The notes beneath the pieces are model-generated. The model was not told the origin of the DNA, made no database searches, and saw nothing but the letters and a program-made list of their open reading frames with translations. DNA of 40,874 nucleotides. It comes from Bdellovibrionales bacterium. GTDB lineage: Bacteria; Bdellovibrionota; Bdellovibrionia; Bdellovibrionales; JAMPXM01. Positions 29,785-39,104 of the stretch are shown here, one piece after another. A program made the translations under genes and the position numbers. The stretch covers positions 1 to 40,874 of the forward strand of contig JAYUEN010000267.1 of the NCBI GenBank assembly GCA_043739185.1, read 5' to 3'. How positions within the stretch are numbered: the stretch's first letter is position 1; every line of letters starts with the position of its first letter.

Positions 29785-30495
29785 CTACCAATCTTTTTCA
29801 TTTTTAGAATTGTGAACATTGCGATTCTCAAACTTTGCTCTGACATTTTGCTCTTGCTGTTTGAGCTCATCGAGGATTTTATTTACATTTTCTTTTGAAA
29901 TCTCTTTTCCCTTATAGGGCTGAGGTTGATTTTTAGGGGGCTCATTTTGAACTTTCTGATTGGGATCATTGCGATTGCCTTGTTTTCCTTTGTCATCCTT
30001 CTTGTCGTCTTTAGAGGAATCTGGGTCTCCAGCTCCGTCGCCCTTTCCACCTTGTTGCTGTACCAACAATTCGATATTGGTTTTGGCTTCAATTGAATCA
30101 GGCTTAACCTCTAAAGATTCCTGATAAAATGCGAGCGCAGGGTCGACTTTCTTCAATTGTGAGGCGGCCACGCCAGCATTGAAATAGGCATCAAACTTCA
30201 TTTCAAGATTGAGAAGAGCCAAGCGAGAGGCTGTGCCAAACTCTTTTTCAGCTCTTTCAAAATCTTTATTAAGTATGTAAAGGTCACCCAAATTAATATG
30301 CAATTCAGGCGCTAAGGGTAAAAATCGAAGTGCTTCGATATTCTCACTCAAAGCTTCATAATTCATTTTTTCAGAGATTTTTAAAATGCTTTGATTATTG
30401 TGATAAATCCCTGCGATAAAATTTTTATTCAAAAATGCATACCCTATTAGGACAATTATTAAAATTAGGATCAAAACTCTAAATGCTATTTTCAT
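29785..30495 (-). CDS. TPR protein (BatC-like)
   Basis: TPR motifs, EAKTNIEL followed by Q/K/D-rich low-complexity linker and EKDW terminus. Confidence 0.82.
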   Translation of the reverse strand: MKIAFRVLILILIIVLIGYAFLNKNFIAGIYHNNQSILKISEKMNYEALSENIEALRFLPLAPELHINLGDLYILNKDFERAEKEFGTASRLALLNLEMKFDAYFNAGVAASQLKKVDPALAFYQESLEVKPDSIEAKTNIELLVQQQGGKGDGAGDPDSSKDDKKDDKGKQGNRNDPNQKVQNEPPKNQPQPYKGKEISKENVNKILDELKQQEQNVRAKFENRNVHNSKNEKDW

Positions 30496-31559
30496 CCCAA
30501 CGCCTTTGTTTCAAAACGCCCGCGCCAAATTTTTTCTCCTGGCTTTTTCTCACCCAGCAATAAATCAAGAAGGGCAAAGAACAGGCCAATACAAAGAAAT
30601 ATTTGAAATCTCTCCTCGTAGGTTGCTGAAATCTGACTATCAAAGAGAGCTTTTTGAAGCTTATTTATGTCTTCTCTGACTAATTTGGTTTCATTACCGC
30701 CAAAGCTTGCATGATAAAAGCTGCCGCCACCAGCTTTCGCAATAGAACGTAAAACAGCGTCATCCACTTTAGTTATAACTTCGTGATTGCCTCTGTCTTT
30801 TCTGTAGCTCCTTAAATTTCCGAATTCATCGCGACTTGGTATTGGGGCTCCCCTCTCCGTACCAAAGGCAATGGTGAAAATCTTTATGCCCTTATCTGCC
30901 AATTTTTGTGCGGTATCAAGGGCGCCCGGCTCTTGATCCTCGCCGTCGCTCGCGATCACAATTACTTTTGTGACTTTAACGCCCTCATCTGGGTCAACCC
31001 CGCCTCGGTCAAATGCTTTTTCGGCCTCGAGCAATGCCTTACGAAATTCAGTTCCTTGGTTTTCGACCGAAGCTGGCGATAGTCCCTCAATATACATAGC
31101 CAGTGCCGATTTATCTGAAGTTAAGGGTGAAAGTAAAATAGCACTCCCTGCAAAAGCGATAAGTCCGACCTTATCACCGGTTAACATTTCACTTAGTTTG
31201 ATCATTTCTGATTTCGCAAATGACAATCGACTTGGCTTGACATCTTCTGCGAGCATACTATTGGAAACATCAAAGAGGATCATCATTTCAACACCCTCTG
31301 CTTTTATGGTTTGCGTTCCTCTGCCAGCCTGCGGTCTTGCCATCGCAATCATAAAAAAAGTGAGTGCTAGAAGCTTCAAAACAATTTTTAATTTTCGGCG
31401 CGGAAGCGAAACATTGTTTGTTAAAAACTGAGAAACTCGGTGCCCATAATATTTTTCAAACTTTTTGAAAGCCTGCTTTTCGATGGCATATAAAAAAACC
31501 AATAAGACCGGAATGACCCATAAAAATTTCAGCCAAATCGAATCTGCGAAGCGAAACAT
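30492..31559 (-). CDS. vWA domain membrane protein (BatB-like)
   Basis: MARPQ, DVSNSM MIDAS, KPSRL, GDKVGLIAFAG, PLTSD, SDGED. Confidence 0.9.
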   Translation of the reverse strand: MFRFADSIWLKFLWVIPVLLVFLYAIEKQAFKKFEKYYGHRVSQFLTNNVSLPRRKLKIVLKLLALTFFMIAMARPQAGRGTQTIKAEGVEMMILFDVSNSMLAEDVKPSRLSFAKSEMIKLSEMLTGDKVGLIAFAGSAILLSPLTSDKSALAMYIEGLSPASVENQGTEFRKALLEAEKAFDRGGVDPDEGVKVTKVIVIASDGEDQEPGALDTAQKLADKGIKIFTIAFGTERGAPIPSRDEFGNLRSYRKDRGNHEVITKVDDAVLRSIAKAGGGSFYHASFGGNETKLVREDINKLQKALFDSQISATYEERFQIFLCIGLFFALLDLLLGEKKPGEKIWRGRFETKALG

Positions 31560-31561
31560 CT

Positions 31562-32518
31562 TTAAACCTCTGCCTGTAATCTGACCTTTGAGTTGTGGGC
31601 CTCTGATTTTTGACTAGAATGCTTTTGTACCATCTCGGCGGCCCCACGAACCATTTCAATTAACTGGCCCGCATCTTCTAACTTAATTTGCGATGGGCGA
31701 TTTTGCCAGCGTTCGACTTCGATCAGTGCGAGCGACAAAGTATGACTTACTTTTTTAAATAAATTCTCGTCTTTTTCTTTGATTGCCCTCAAGATTTGAG
31801 ATGGACTCAAATCAAAACAAGAGAACATAAGCTTTCGCGACAAAAACCAACGAAAACTTTGATGCAAATCATCGATTAGCTTAAGCGAAACCTCGCTCGT
31901 AAAACTCGAAGGCCTTAAAGCTTCTTTTCCGAACTGTCTGAGATCTTTAGTAATGGCATGATAAGCTGACAAGGCTGGTGGATTACTAGCCAAGAGTTTA
32001 TAAAATCTTTTGCGCTTTATGATTTGAATGAGCTTTTCAATTCCAAAAGAAGTCATAAAAACAAATAAGATAACAAAACCCGCCCAAATCCAAACTGGAT
32101 AAGAGAAGCCAAATGGTCCCCACGGCGGATAGGCTTCATTTTTTGGATTATTCTCTTTTGTAATCACGCTTTTAACTTTGAATTTGATTCCATCAAGCGC
32201 GATACGCGATTTACCATCGGAGAGAAATAAATTCTGAAATTGATGTCCTCCCGGATTCACCGAATATGAAGTCGCCACAAAGCTCGCCTTATGTGAATCC
32301 ATACCAAGGTTTTTTAAAATTCGCAGCGCATATTGCTGCTCCTTCGGAAGTTCAATCGTACTTGCGCTTGCATTGATACCCGCCACCTCTGGCCCCTGAC
32401 AATCGAGAACAAATTTTTCACCAACCGTAAGGGAGTCGGCATCGGTCAAAGGGGCCTCAGTGAGTCCACTTGTCAGATTTAAATGATTGAGCTGACACTG
32501 CCAATGAACATCTGCCAT
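31562..32518 (-). CDS. Hypothetical single-TM protein of the Bat operon
   Basis: 318-aa ORF with central TM segment between DUF58 and vWA genes, tight spacing. Confidence 0.7.
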   Translation of the reverse strand: MADVHWQCQLNHLNLTSGLTEAPLTDADSLTVGEKFVLDCQGPEVAGINASASTIELPKEQQYALRILKNLGMDSHKASFVATSYSVNPGGHQFQNLFLSDGKSRIALDGIKFKVKSVITKENNPKNEAYPPWGPFGFSYPVWIWAGFVILFVFMTSFGIEKLIQIIKRKRFYKLLASNPPALSAYHAITKDLRQFGKEALRPSSFTSEVSLKLIDDLHQSFRWFLSRKLMFSCFDLSPSQILRAIKEKDENLFKKVSHTLSLALIEVERWQNRPSQIKLEDAGQLIEMVRGAAEMVQKHSSQKSEAHNSKVRLQAEV

Positions 32519-32526
32519 ATGATTCT

Positions 32527-33402
32527 CTATGCCCTCTGACTGCGTTTTCGAAAATAACTGATCAATGGATCTACAAAACTATCGCCCACCATAATTTGAA
32601 CGCTATCCACTCCGGACTTTTTGAGTTCATCGGTTCTTTGCTTCTCTTGCTCTCGCATTTGGCGTTCATACTCGGTTCGAAAGCCAGCCGACCCGGTATC
32701 AACAAGTAAGGCTTCACCAGTTTCAGGATCATGCATTTCAACCAAACCCAAATTAGGCATTTTCTTTTCGCTTGGATCTTGAACCACGCACGTGATGACA
32801 TCATGTTTGCGCGCCAAATTTCGAATACTGGCAGAATAATTTTGATCGATAAAATCGCTGAAAATAAAAATAGTGGCGCGTTTTTTCAATATTCCCTGCA
32901 GATAGTTTGCCGCCACTGAAATTTGCGTGCCACGATGTTTCGGTTTTACAAAATAAAGGTCTCGCAAAATTCTCTGAATATGAGCACGGCCTTTTTTTGG
33001 AGGTACGAAAAATTCGATTTGATCTGAAAAAAGCAAGAGTCCGACATGGTCATTATTTTTCAAAGCGCTAAATCCTAGAACTGCGGCGAGATGGGTCATC
33101 ACCTCACCCTTAAAGTACTTTTGACTTCCATAATCAACGGAACCGCTGATATCAACAGCAAAAATCAAAGTGAGCTCGCGGTCTTCGTCAAATTTTTTGA
33201 TGAAAGTTTTGCCGGTTCTTGCGGTGAGCGGCCAAGAAATTGCGCGCACATCATCGCCAGGTACATACTCGCGAAATTCGGCAAAGGTCATACCTTGGCC
33301 TTTGAAGGCAGAATGATACTGGCCAACCAAAACCGAATTCACCAGCTTTCGTGTGCTGATCTCAAGAAGTTTAATTTTCTTTCTAATTTCTGCCGGTAGC
33401 AT
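32527..33402 (-). CDS. DUF58 family protein (MoxR-associated)
   Basis: GQYHSAFKGQGMTFAEFREYVPGDDVRAISW, DISGS, SDF motifs. Confidence 0.93.
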   Translation of the reverse strand: MLPAEIRKKIKLLEISTRKLVNSVLVGQYHSAFKGQGMTFAEFREYVPGDDVRAISWPLTARTGKTFIKKFDEDRELTLIFAVDISGSVDYGSQKYFKGEVMTHLAAVLGFSALKNNDHVGLLLFSDQIEFFVPPKKGRAHIQRILRDLYFVKPKHRGTQISVAANYLQGILKKRATIFIFSDFIDQNYSASIRNLARKHDVITCVVQDPSEKKMPNLGLVEMHDPETGEALLVDTGSAGFRTEYERQMREQEKQRTDELKKSGVDSVQIMVGDSFVDPLISYFRKRSQRA

Positions 33403-33423
33403 CAAGGCTCCTAAGAAAATTTC

Positions 33424-34428
33424 CTACGGCACTTCAATTTTGGCGAGAATTTTTTTAATGATCTCATCACCTTTAATCTCTTCAGCCTCCGCTTCAAAAC
33501 TCAAAATCAAGCGATGGCGTAAAACATTATAGGCAATGGCTTTGACATCTTCTGCGGTCACATATCCACGCCCACGAATAAAGGCATTGGCTTTAGCAGA
33601 TCGTATGAGATTAATTGTCGCCCGCGGACTGGCGCCCACATTAATTAAGCCTTCAAGCTCATCTAAGCCATATTTTTTTGGTGTACGCGTCGCCATCACG
33701 AGCTCGACAATATAATTGCGAATTTTTTCGTCGACATATACTTGATCAACCCGCATACGTGCTCGAGTCAGTTCTTCGCGTGTGATCACAGCATCTATAT
33801 GAGGCTGACTGTCTTGTCCCATGCGATTCATAATTTCAAGCTCTTCAGCCTTGGTCGGATAGGTGACTAAGATTTTAAACATAAACCGATCGAGCTGGGC
33901 TTCAGGCAGCGGATAAGTTCCCTCTTGCTCGAGTGGATTCTGGGTAGCCAATACCAAAAAAGGTGCTTCTAAAACATAACTCGCATCTCCGATGGTCACC
34001 TGCTTCTCAGCCATCGCCTCAAGCAAAGCACTTTGCACTTTTGCTGGCGCGCGATTGATTTCATCAGCCAAAACGATATTGGTAAAAATCGGTCCTTTTT
34101 TAGGAGCGAATTCGCCTGATTTCGGATTGAAAATCATGGTGCCGATCAAATCACTCGGAAGCAGATCAGGAGTGAATTGAATGCGACCAAAATTAAGCGA
34201 AACAGATTTTGCAACAGATGAAATCGTGAGAGTCTTAGCCAATCCCGGAACGCCCTCAAGTAAAACATGGCCTCCGGTTAATAGGCCCATCAAAATGCCT
34301 TCAAGCATTTCTCGCTGCCCGACCACAACCTTGTTGATCTCTTTCATCATTTTTTCAACGAACTGACTTTCATTTTTGATGGCCGCATTGAGCGCTACTA
34401 CATCGACTTCCACACTTAAGTCCTCCAT
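33424..34428 (-). CDS. moxR: MoxR-family AAA+ ATPase
   Basis: EGVPGLAKT, RIQFTPDLLPSD, ADEINRAPAKVQSALLEAM, ATQNPLEQEGTYPLPEAQLDRF. Confidence 0.96.
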   Translation of the reverse strand: MEDLSVEVDVVALNAAIKNESQFVEKMMKEINKVVVGQREMLEGILMGLLTGGHVLLEGVPGLAKTLTISSVAKSVSLNFGRIQFTPDLLPSDLIGTMIFNPKSGEFAPKKGPIFTNIVLADEINRAPAKVQSALLEAMAEKQVTIGDASYVLEAPFLVLATQNPLEQEGTYPLPEAQLDRFMFKILVTYPTKAEELEIMNRMGQDSQPHIDAVITREELTRARMRVDQVYVDEKIRNYIVELVMATRTPKKYGLDELEGLINVGASPRATINLIRSAKANAFIRGRGYVTAEDVKAIAYNVLRHRLILSFEAEAEEIKGDEIIKKILAKIEVP

Positions 34429-34628
34429 TTAGGGTCCTAGAACTTTGTAAGCAATAAGTAGTCTGAACCAGACCATAAAAAAATGCCAGCTCGAAAATTT
34501 GGTTGAATTTTAACTGGTTGCGTAGAGGCTTTTTTGTAGCCTGCTCAAAGACTAACGCAGACCTGCCCTCGAATATGAAAATTGAGTTGGCGAATGCTCC
34601 GTAAAATCCTATTCTAGCCTTCTCAAAG

Positions 34629-35510
34629 TTGCTCAAAATTTCAAGGTGGGATCAGCGCTTGCTTAAAAAAACACTTGCTCAAAAAATTCTCAAAATTTGG
34701 GTTTTAATTGAAGGCTTAGGCTTGGGATCGATGATTCTGGTTCATATTTTATGGGGACGTTATGCGACCTTGGCTGCCTTTATTTTTATGATCTTCTTTA
34801 ATGTACTTATATTGTTCTTTTCAAGGTCGCATATCTTTCAATTCTTTGAAGTGATTCCAATTGAAGGAAACGATGCTTGGAACTTAGTAAATCGTGCCAA
34901 AAAATTTGCCATGCTTGCGGGCATCGAGCCCCCTGAAATTTATTTACTCAATATCGATGCCTCATTGAGCTATTCGTATTCTATTTCACCGCATTACTCG
35001 GCCCTATTTTTGGCCGAGACCTTAGTCGAGGACCTGTCGGCTGAAGAGCTTGATGGCCTTATTGCCTATGAAATCGCGCGCATTTCACTTGGACAGAGTT
35101 TTTCAGCAGTAATCGCCAGTAGCTTCGGCTATGTACTCAATCTCATTGCTGAACTTTTTGACAAAGTAATTTTTTTGCAAGCTTTTGTTACGCCTCCCAA
35201 GCGCAAACATTATGCTGAAAATTTAATGGCTCCATTGGTCATGCTGTTTGCCGCTCTACTGGTTCGAAAATCCCAAAATTTAGTTGCCGACGAGCTCGCG
35301 AGTGAGTGGCTGGGAAATAAGAAAGTTTTGGCGCAGAGCCTCTGGAAGCTAGACTCACTCGTTGCGACCCGTCCTCAACATATGCGGCTTTCAGACTCTT
35401 ACCTTTTTAGCATCAGCCCCTTGACGAACCAAAGCTGGAACCGATATTTCTTGCTCCAGGCTTCGGTCAAAAACCGAATCCTCAATTTGGTCGGACACTA
35501 TCCTATTTAA
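34629..35510 (+). CDS. HtpX/M48-like membrane protein with degenerate zinc motif
   Basis: TM segments, AGIEPPEIY, LSAEELDGLIAYEIARI in place of HExxH, LAQSLWKL, SVKNRI; start uncertain. Confidence 0.72.
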   Translation: MLKISRWDQRLLKKTLAQKILKIWVLIEGLGLGSMILVHILWGRYATLAAFIFMIFFNVLILFFSRSHIFQFFEVIPIEGNDAWNLVNRAKKFAMLAGIEPPEIYLLNIDASLSYSYSISPHYSALFLAETLVEDLSAEELDGLIAYEIARISLGQSFSAVIASSFGYVLNLIAELFDKVIFLQAFVTPPKRKHYAENLMAPLVMLFAALLVRKSQNLVADELASEWLGNKKVLAQSLWKLDSLVATRPQHMRLSDSYLFSISPLTNQSWNRYFLLQASVKNRILNLVGHYPI

Positions 35511-35546
35511 AGGTCTCGATTAAATGCAAAATACAAAGGCAAACTT

Positions 35547-35831
35547 ATGACGCAAACATCGCCCGATTCAAAATCTCAAAATCAAAATATGGAAGCCAAT
35601 TTTTCGACTCTCATTTTGTCGATCGGCTCGTCCGCGGCAATGTCCTTGGGTATTGCCCCAAATCCTGCGACCGGCAAAATCGAAAAGAATCTCGAGGTCG
35701 CAAGATTTAATATTGAACTTCTCAGAATGCTTAGGCAAAAAACTGCAAATAATCTGACTGGCGACGAGCAAAAATTTTTAGATTCTGTGACCTCTGATTT
35801 GCAATTAAAATTCGTTCAAATTTCAAAGTAA
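35547..35831 (+). CDS. DUF1844 family protein
   Basis: FSTLILSIGSSAAMSLG..PNP..ARFNIELL.ML..KT.NNLT.DE..L..LQLKFV. Confidence 0.85.
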   Translation: MTQTSPDSKSQNQNMEANFSTLILSIGSSAAMSLGIAPNPATGKIEKNLEVARFNIELLRMLRQKTANNLTGDEQKFLDSVTSDLQLKFVQISK

Positions 35832-35850
35832 ATTGACCAAGGAGTTTCAA

Positions 35851-37353
35851 ATGAAGAAATATTCAAAGCACCACTACGTTTTAATTTTGGCATTTGCATT
35901 AGCCATTGGAGTTGGCCATCAACTGAAGGCTCAAGGAAGCCTTGCCAAGGCTGAGCAAATTGATCTTTCAGAAACCAAAGCACCGCCCTTGGATCCTAAA
36001 AAGCTAGATGCACCTCTTCCAAAAAATTTATTCGTTGAACTTTCTAAATTGATCAATCCCGCTGTGGTTTTTATTTCAACCACGCAAAATGTGCATATGC
36101 GTGGTGGTCAAGGCCGCGATCCGATGCAGGACTTTTTAGAACAATTTATGGGTGGCGGCCGAGGCGGAGGATTTGCGCCACCACCTCAAACTATGCAAGC
36201 TCTTGGGACAGGCTTTATTATCAAATCAAATGGCCTGATTGTGACCAATAATCATGTGGTCGAACAAGCAGATATTATTAAAGTGCAACTCGATAATTCT
36301 TCAAATGTGTTTTATGAAGCTAAAATTATTGGCCGAGATAAGCGCACCGATGTGGCCCTCATTAAAATTGAGTCGAAAAAGCCCCTGCCGGTCGCGCCAC
36401 TCGGTTCGAGCAAAGATTTACAAGTAGGAGAGTGGGTGGCCGCTTTCGGAAATCCCTATGGTCACGCACATACTATGACCAAGGGAATTATATCTGCCAT
36501 TGGCCGAGAAATTGGCGAAATAAATAAAATTCCATTTATACAGACTGATGCCAGCATCAATCCGGGAAATTCGGGCGGCCCCTTGGTGAATACTCAAGGC
36601 TATGTCATTGGTGTTAATACCGCGATCGATGCCAGGGCTCAGGGCATTGGCTTTGCTATTCCAATCGATAACGTCAAAACAATCGTTCAGGAACTTGAAA
36701 CCAATGGGCGTGTCAAGCGCGGCTATGTGGGCGTAGGCTTAGGTATTTTGTCTCCCGAAATTGCAAGCAATTTGGGTCTTGAAGATGCCGAAGGAGTGGT
36801 GATCACGCAGGTCCTCCCCAATGGCCCGGCCGCTGCTGCTGGCCTGAAAACTTACGATATCATCGTCGAATTTGATGGTAAAAAAATTCAAACCCCAACT
36901 GATTTAATGAATGCCGTTTCAGACTCAGCCATTGGCAGCAGAGCCAAAGTTAAAATCATTCGCCTCAACAACGAACAAGCCACTAATAAGACACTCGAAG
37001 TTACTGTGAAAGAAAATCCCGGGGATATTAAAACCAAAAAAGAAGAGCCGAAGCATTATTTTGGTCAAAAGGCCCCCTTCGATTTGGGATTCCGAGTTGC
37101 TGACGATACCGCAAAACTTCGTGGGGATTTTGGAATAGAAACGAGTTCGGTTAAACATCCTATCATCATAGATGTCGAAGCAAATTCAATTGCCGAACAT
37201 TCCGGTCTTCGCTCTGGAGATATGATTGTTGACGTCAATCGCAAATCGGTCAGCCAAGCCACCGATGTTGTGAAGAGCTTAAAACAAGGTAAAAATATTC
37301 TTTCAATTGCCCGCGGCGATGGAATCTTATTGGTTCCGCTGAATTCAAAGTAG
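35851..37353 (+). CDS. degP: DegP/HtrA periplasmic serine endoprotease with two PDZ domains
   Basis: TNNHVV, DVAL, QTDASINPGNSGGPL triad motifs; ATG 35851 after GGAG. Confidence 0.93.
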   Translation: MKKYSKHHYVLILAFALAIGVGHQLKAQGSLAKAEQIDLSETKAPPLDPKKLDAPLPKNLFVELSKLINPAVVFISTTQNVHMRGGQGRDPMQDFLEQFMGGGRGGGFAPPPQTMQALGTGFIIKSNGLIVTNNHVVEQADIIKVQLDNSSNVFYEAKIIGRDKRTDVALIKIESKKPLPVAPLGSSKDLQVGEWVAAFGNPYGHAHTMTKGIISAIGREIGEINKIPFIQTDASINPGNSGGPLVNTQGYVIGVNTAIDARAQGIGFAIPIDNVKTIVQELETNGRVKRGYVGVGLGILSPEIASNLGLEDAEGVVITQVLPNGPAAAAGLKTYDIIVEFDGKKIQTPTDLMNAVSDSAIGSRAKVKIIRLNNEQATNKTLEVTVKENPGDIKTKKEEPKHYFGQKAPFDLGFRVADDTAKLRGDFGIETSSVKHPIIIDVEANSIAEHSGLRSGDMIVDVNRKSVSQATDVVKSLKQGKNILSIARGDGILLVPLNSK

Positions 37354-37366
37354 ATCCTCAGACCCT

Positions 37367-37401
37367 GGCAAGCCGTATTGCTGATCAATTGAGAGCTTGC
37401 C
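37367..37401 (+). terminator. Stem-loop after degP
   Basis: GGCAAGC/GCTTGCC arms with inner ATTG/CAAT pairing; no clear U-tract. Confidence 0.35.
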
Positions 37402-37587
37402 TCGACAAACTGACGCACGAAAAACTGAAACCCAAACTGCTAACAGTTTACAGCTGCGGCTGCCGTTAAAACCGACCCCCCAAGACGTGTCCCTCCGCCG
37501 CCAGTGGCGGCGCACTCACTTTGCCTCATTATGAAACAAATATTAGTCCACTTTATTAAGGCTGGGTTAAAAACTTAGCCCAAGGTC

Positions 37588-37615
37588 TAAAGTCACGCTG
37601 AAAATTAGCCGAAAG
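37588..37615 (+). promoter_or_regulatory. Candidate sigma28 (FliA) promoter upstream of spoVG
   Basis: TAAA-N16-GCCGAAAG vs consensus TAAA-N15/16-GCCGATAA. Confidence 0.4.
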
Positions 37616-37703
37616 TCTATGTAGGAACCCAATTCTATTGTCCGTTTTCATCAAGGGTTTTCTGAAATTATAAACAACATGAACTCAGCTCTTGGAGGCA
37701 AAA

Positions 37704-38015
37704 ATGGAAATTACAGAAGTCAAAGTATTCCCCGTAAATGAAGATCGTCTCAAAGCTTATGTATCGATCACCATCGATAATTGCTTTGTGATTCGTGATC
37801 TTAAGATAATTGAAGGCACTGGCGGCTTATTCGTGGCAATGCCCAGTAAAAAGCGCAAGGACGGTCAGTTTAAAGACATTGCGCACCCACTCAATCAAGA
37901 AACCAGGACTGAAATTGAAAACAAGATTTTTGAAGCCTATGAAAATGAAATTCGTTCGATGGGCGAATCGCTTAATAGTTTACAAAGACAAAAGACTTCT
38001 GACACAGACTATTAA
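37704..38015 (+). CDS. spoVG: SpoVG family nucleic-acid-binding regulator
   Basis: [59 protein letters not shown]. Confidence 0.95.
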   Translation: MEITEVKVFPVNEDRLKAYVSITIDNCFVIRDLKIIEGTGGLFVAMPSKKRKDGQFKDIAHPLNQETRTEIENKIFEAYENEIRSMGESLNSLQRQKTSDTDY

Positions 38016-38166
38016 AGGATTTGCGGGCATTTTGGTGCGAGGACGACTGAGCAGAGTGTTATCAAATAATGCATATGAAGATGTCGATTTAGAATTGCAA
38101 GCAGGGAAGATTCTAACTTAGAATTTTTCTTTAAAGAAACCTAAGGGGGCCCTAGGTGTCTTGGTG

Positions 38167-38200
38167 AGAGGTAGCTCAATTGAGCCTACCTCTTTTTTTT
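38167..38200 (+). terminator. Rho-independent terminator downstream of spoVG
   Basis: AGAGGTAGCTCA/TGAGCCTACCTCT stem followed by T-run. Confidence 0.8.
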
Positions 38201-38207
38201 GCTTAAT

Positions 38208-38861
38208 CTAAATTCGCTTCAGCAGCTCTGCTTTTTTCGCGAGATATTCGGCTTCTGTCAAAACACCTTCGGTGTATAATTTGTGGAGTTGGGAAAGAGC
38301 CTCAACCGCACTAGAGTCCTTTGCCTTTCCGGCCATTCCCGAAGGATTTGCTCCACCGGCTCGAGTTTGATTGCTTGAACCAAAAACATCAGTTCCGCGG
38401 CCAAAAACCGATCTCATTTCATTTAGCCAAATATCAAAATAATTCTCTTTTGGCATTTCTTGATTGATCACGATACTGCCAGCAAGAAGATCGTGAAGAG
38501 CCTGATGGCGCCCTGTAAACAGACTCATTAAGTAACCGAGACAAAGAAAGAGCATCGAAGCAAAGGACATCAAACAGCGAATGAGTGCCTGTTTGTAGGT
38601 CAACCTATTGCCCTGCTCGCTTACCACTACAATTCCCATTAAAGACTTTCCGGGAGTAGCAAGCAGCGGAGAGCTTTCAAAAATTGGTTTATAGAACAAG
38701 AAAACCACTACTGTGCCGAATAGAGGGGCAATATGGTTTATTATCATCATGGGAATCAAAAGAATCAAAATATCAATGAAAAGTGCCACAAATCTATTCC
38801 AAAAGCTTGCATATTGGAAGTCGACCTGCAAATGCTCTGGCGGCGGCTGAATTTCTGACAT
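38208..38861 (-). CDS. RDD family membrane protein with C-terminal SHOCT-like helix
   Basis: YASFWNRFVALFID, ATPGKSLMGI, QALHDLLAGSIV; ALSQLHKLYTEGVLTEAEY..KKAELL; GGAGG before ATG 38861. Confidence 0.88.
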   Translation of the reverse strand: MSEIQPPPEHLQVDFQYASFWNRFVALFIDILILLIPMMIINHIAPLFGTVVVFLFYKPIFESSPLLATPGKSLMGIVVVSEQGNRLTYKQALIRCLMSFASMLFLCLGYLMSLFTGRHQALHDLLAGSIVINQEMPKENYFDIWLNEMRSVFGRGTDVFGSSNQTRAGGANPSGMAGKAKDSSAVEALSQLHKLYTEGVLTEAEYLAKKAELLKRI

Positions 38862-38985
38862 ATTTCCTCCAGAGGGATTTATTAGCTCGGCGTTTAATTT
38901 AAGCAAGTATTTTATTTTACTTGCCTAAGCTCAGCATGTTTTTTATTTTGGGGATTCTGTTTCAAGTCCGAAGTTCGAGTCTTGT

Positions 38986-39061
38986 TGGGGTGTCGTCAAG
39001 TTGGTAAGACAACAGATTTTGATTCTGTCATTCGCAGGTTCGAGTCCTGCCACCCCATCCA
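38986..39061 (+). tRNA. tRNA-Gln(UUG) with encoded CCA
   Basis: Acceptor TGGGGTG/CACCCCA, D arm, anticodon arm ACAGA-TTTTGAT-TCTGT, T arm GCAGG-TTCGAGT-CCTGC, ends TCCA. Confidence 0.97.
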
Positions 39062-39101
39062 AAAAAAGCCGATGATCCCAAAGGGGTCAGCGGCTTTTTT
39101 T
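39061..39101 (+). terminator. Bidirectional intrinsic terminator after tRNA-Gln
   Basis: A7GCCG-A-TGATCCC / GGGGTCA-G-CGGCT7 long stem flanked by A and T tracts. Confidence 0.85.
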
Positions 39102-39104
39102 GTT

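Noticed and set aside
37366..37382. Sigma54 promoter-like TGGCAAGCCGTATTGCT
   Set aside because: GG-GC spacing is one base too long for the strict -24/-12 geometry, and it lies within the post-degP hairpin.
37810..38121. 103-aa ORF overlapping spoVG in another frame
   Set aside because: Mostly overlaps a conserved gene; only the 3' 21 codons are kept as a weak candidate.
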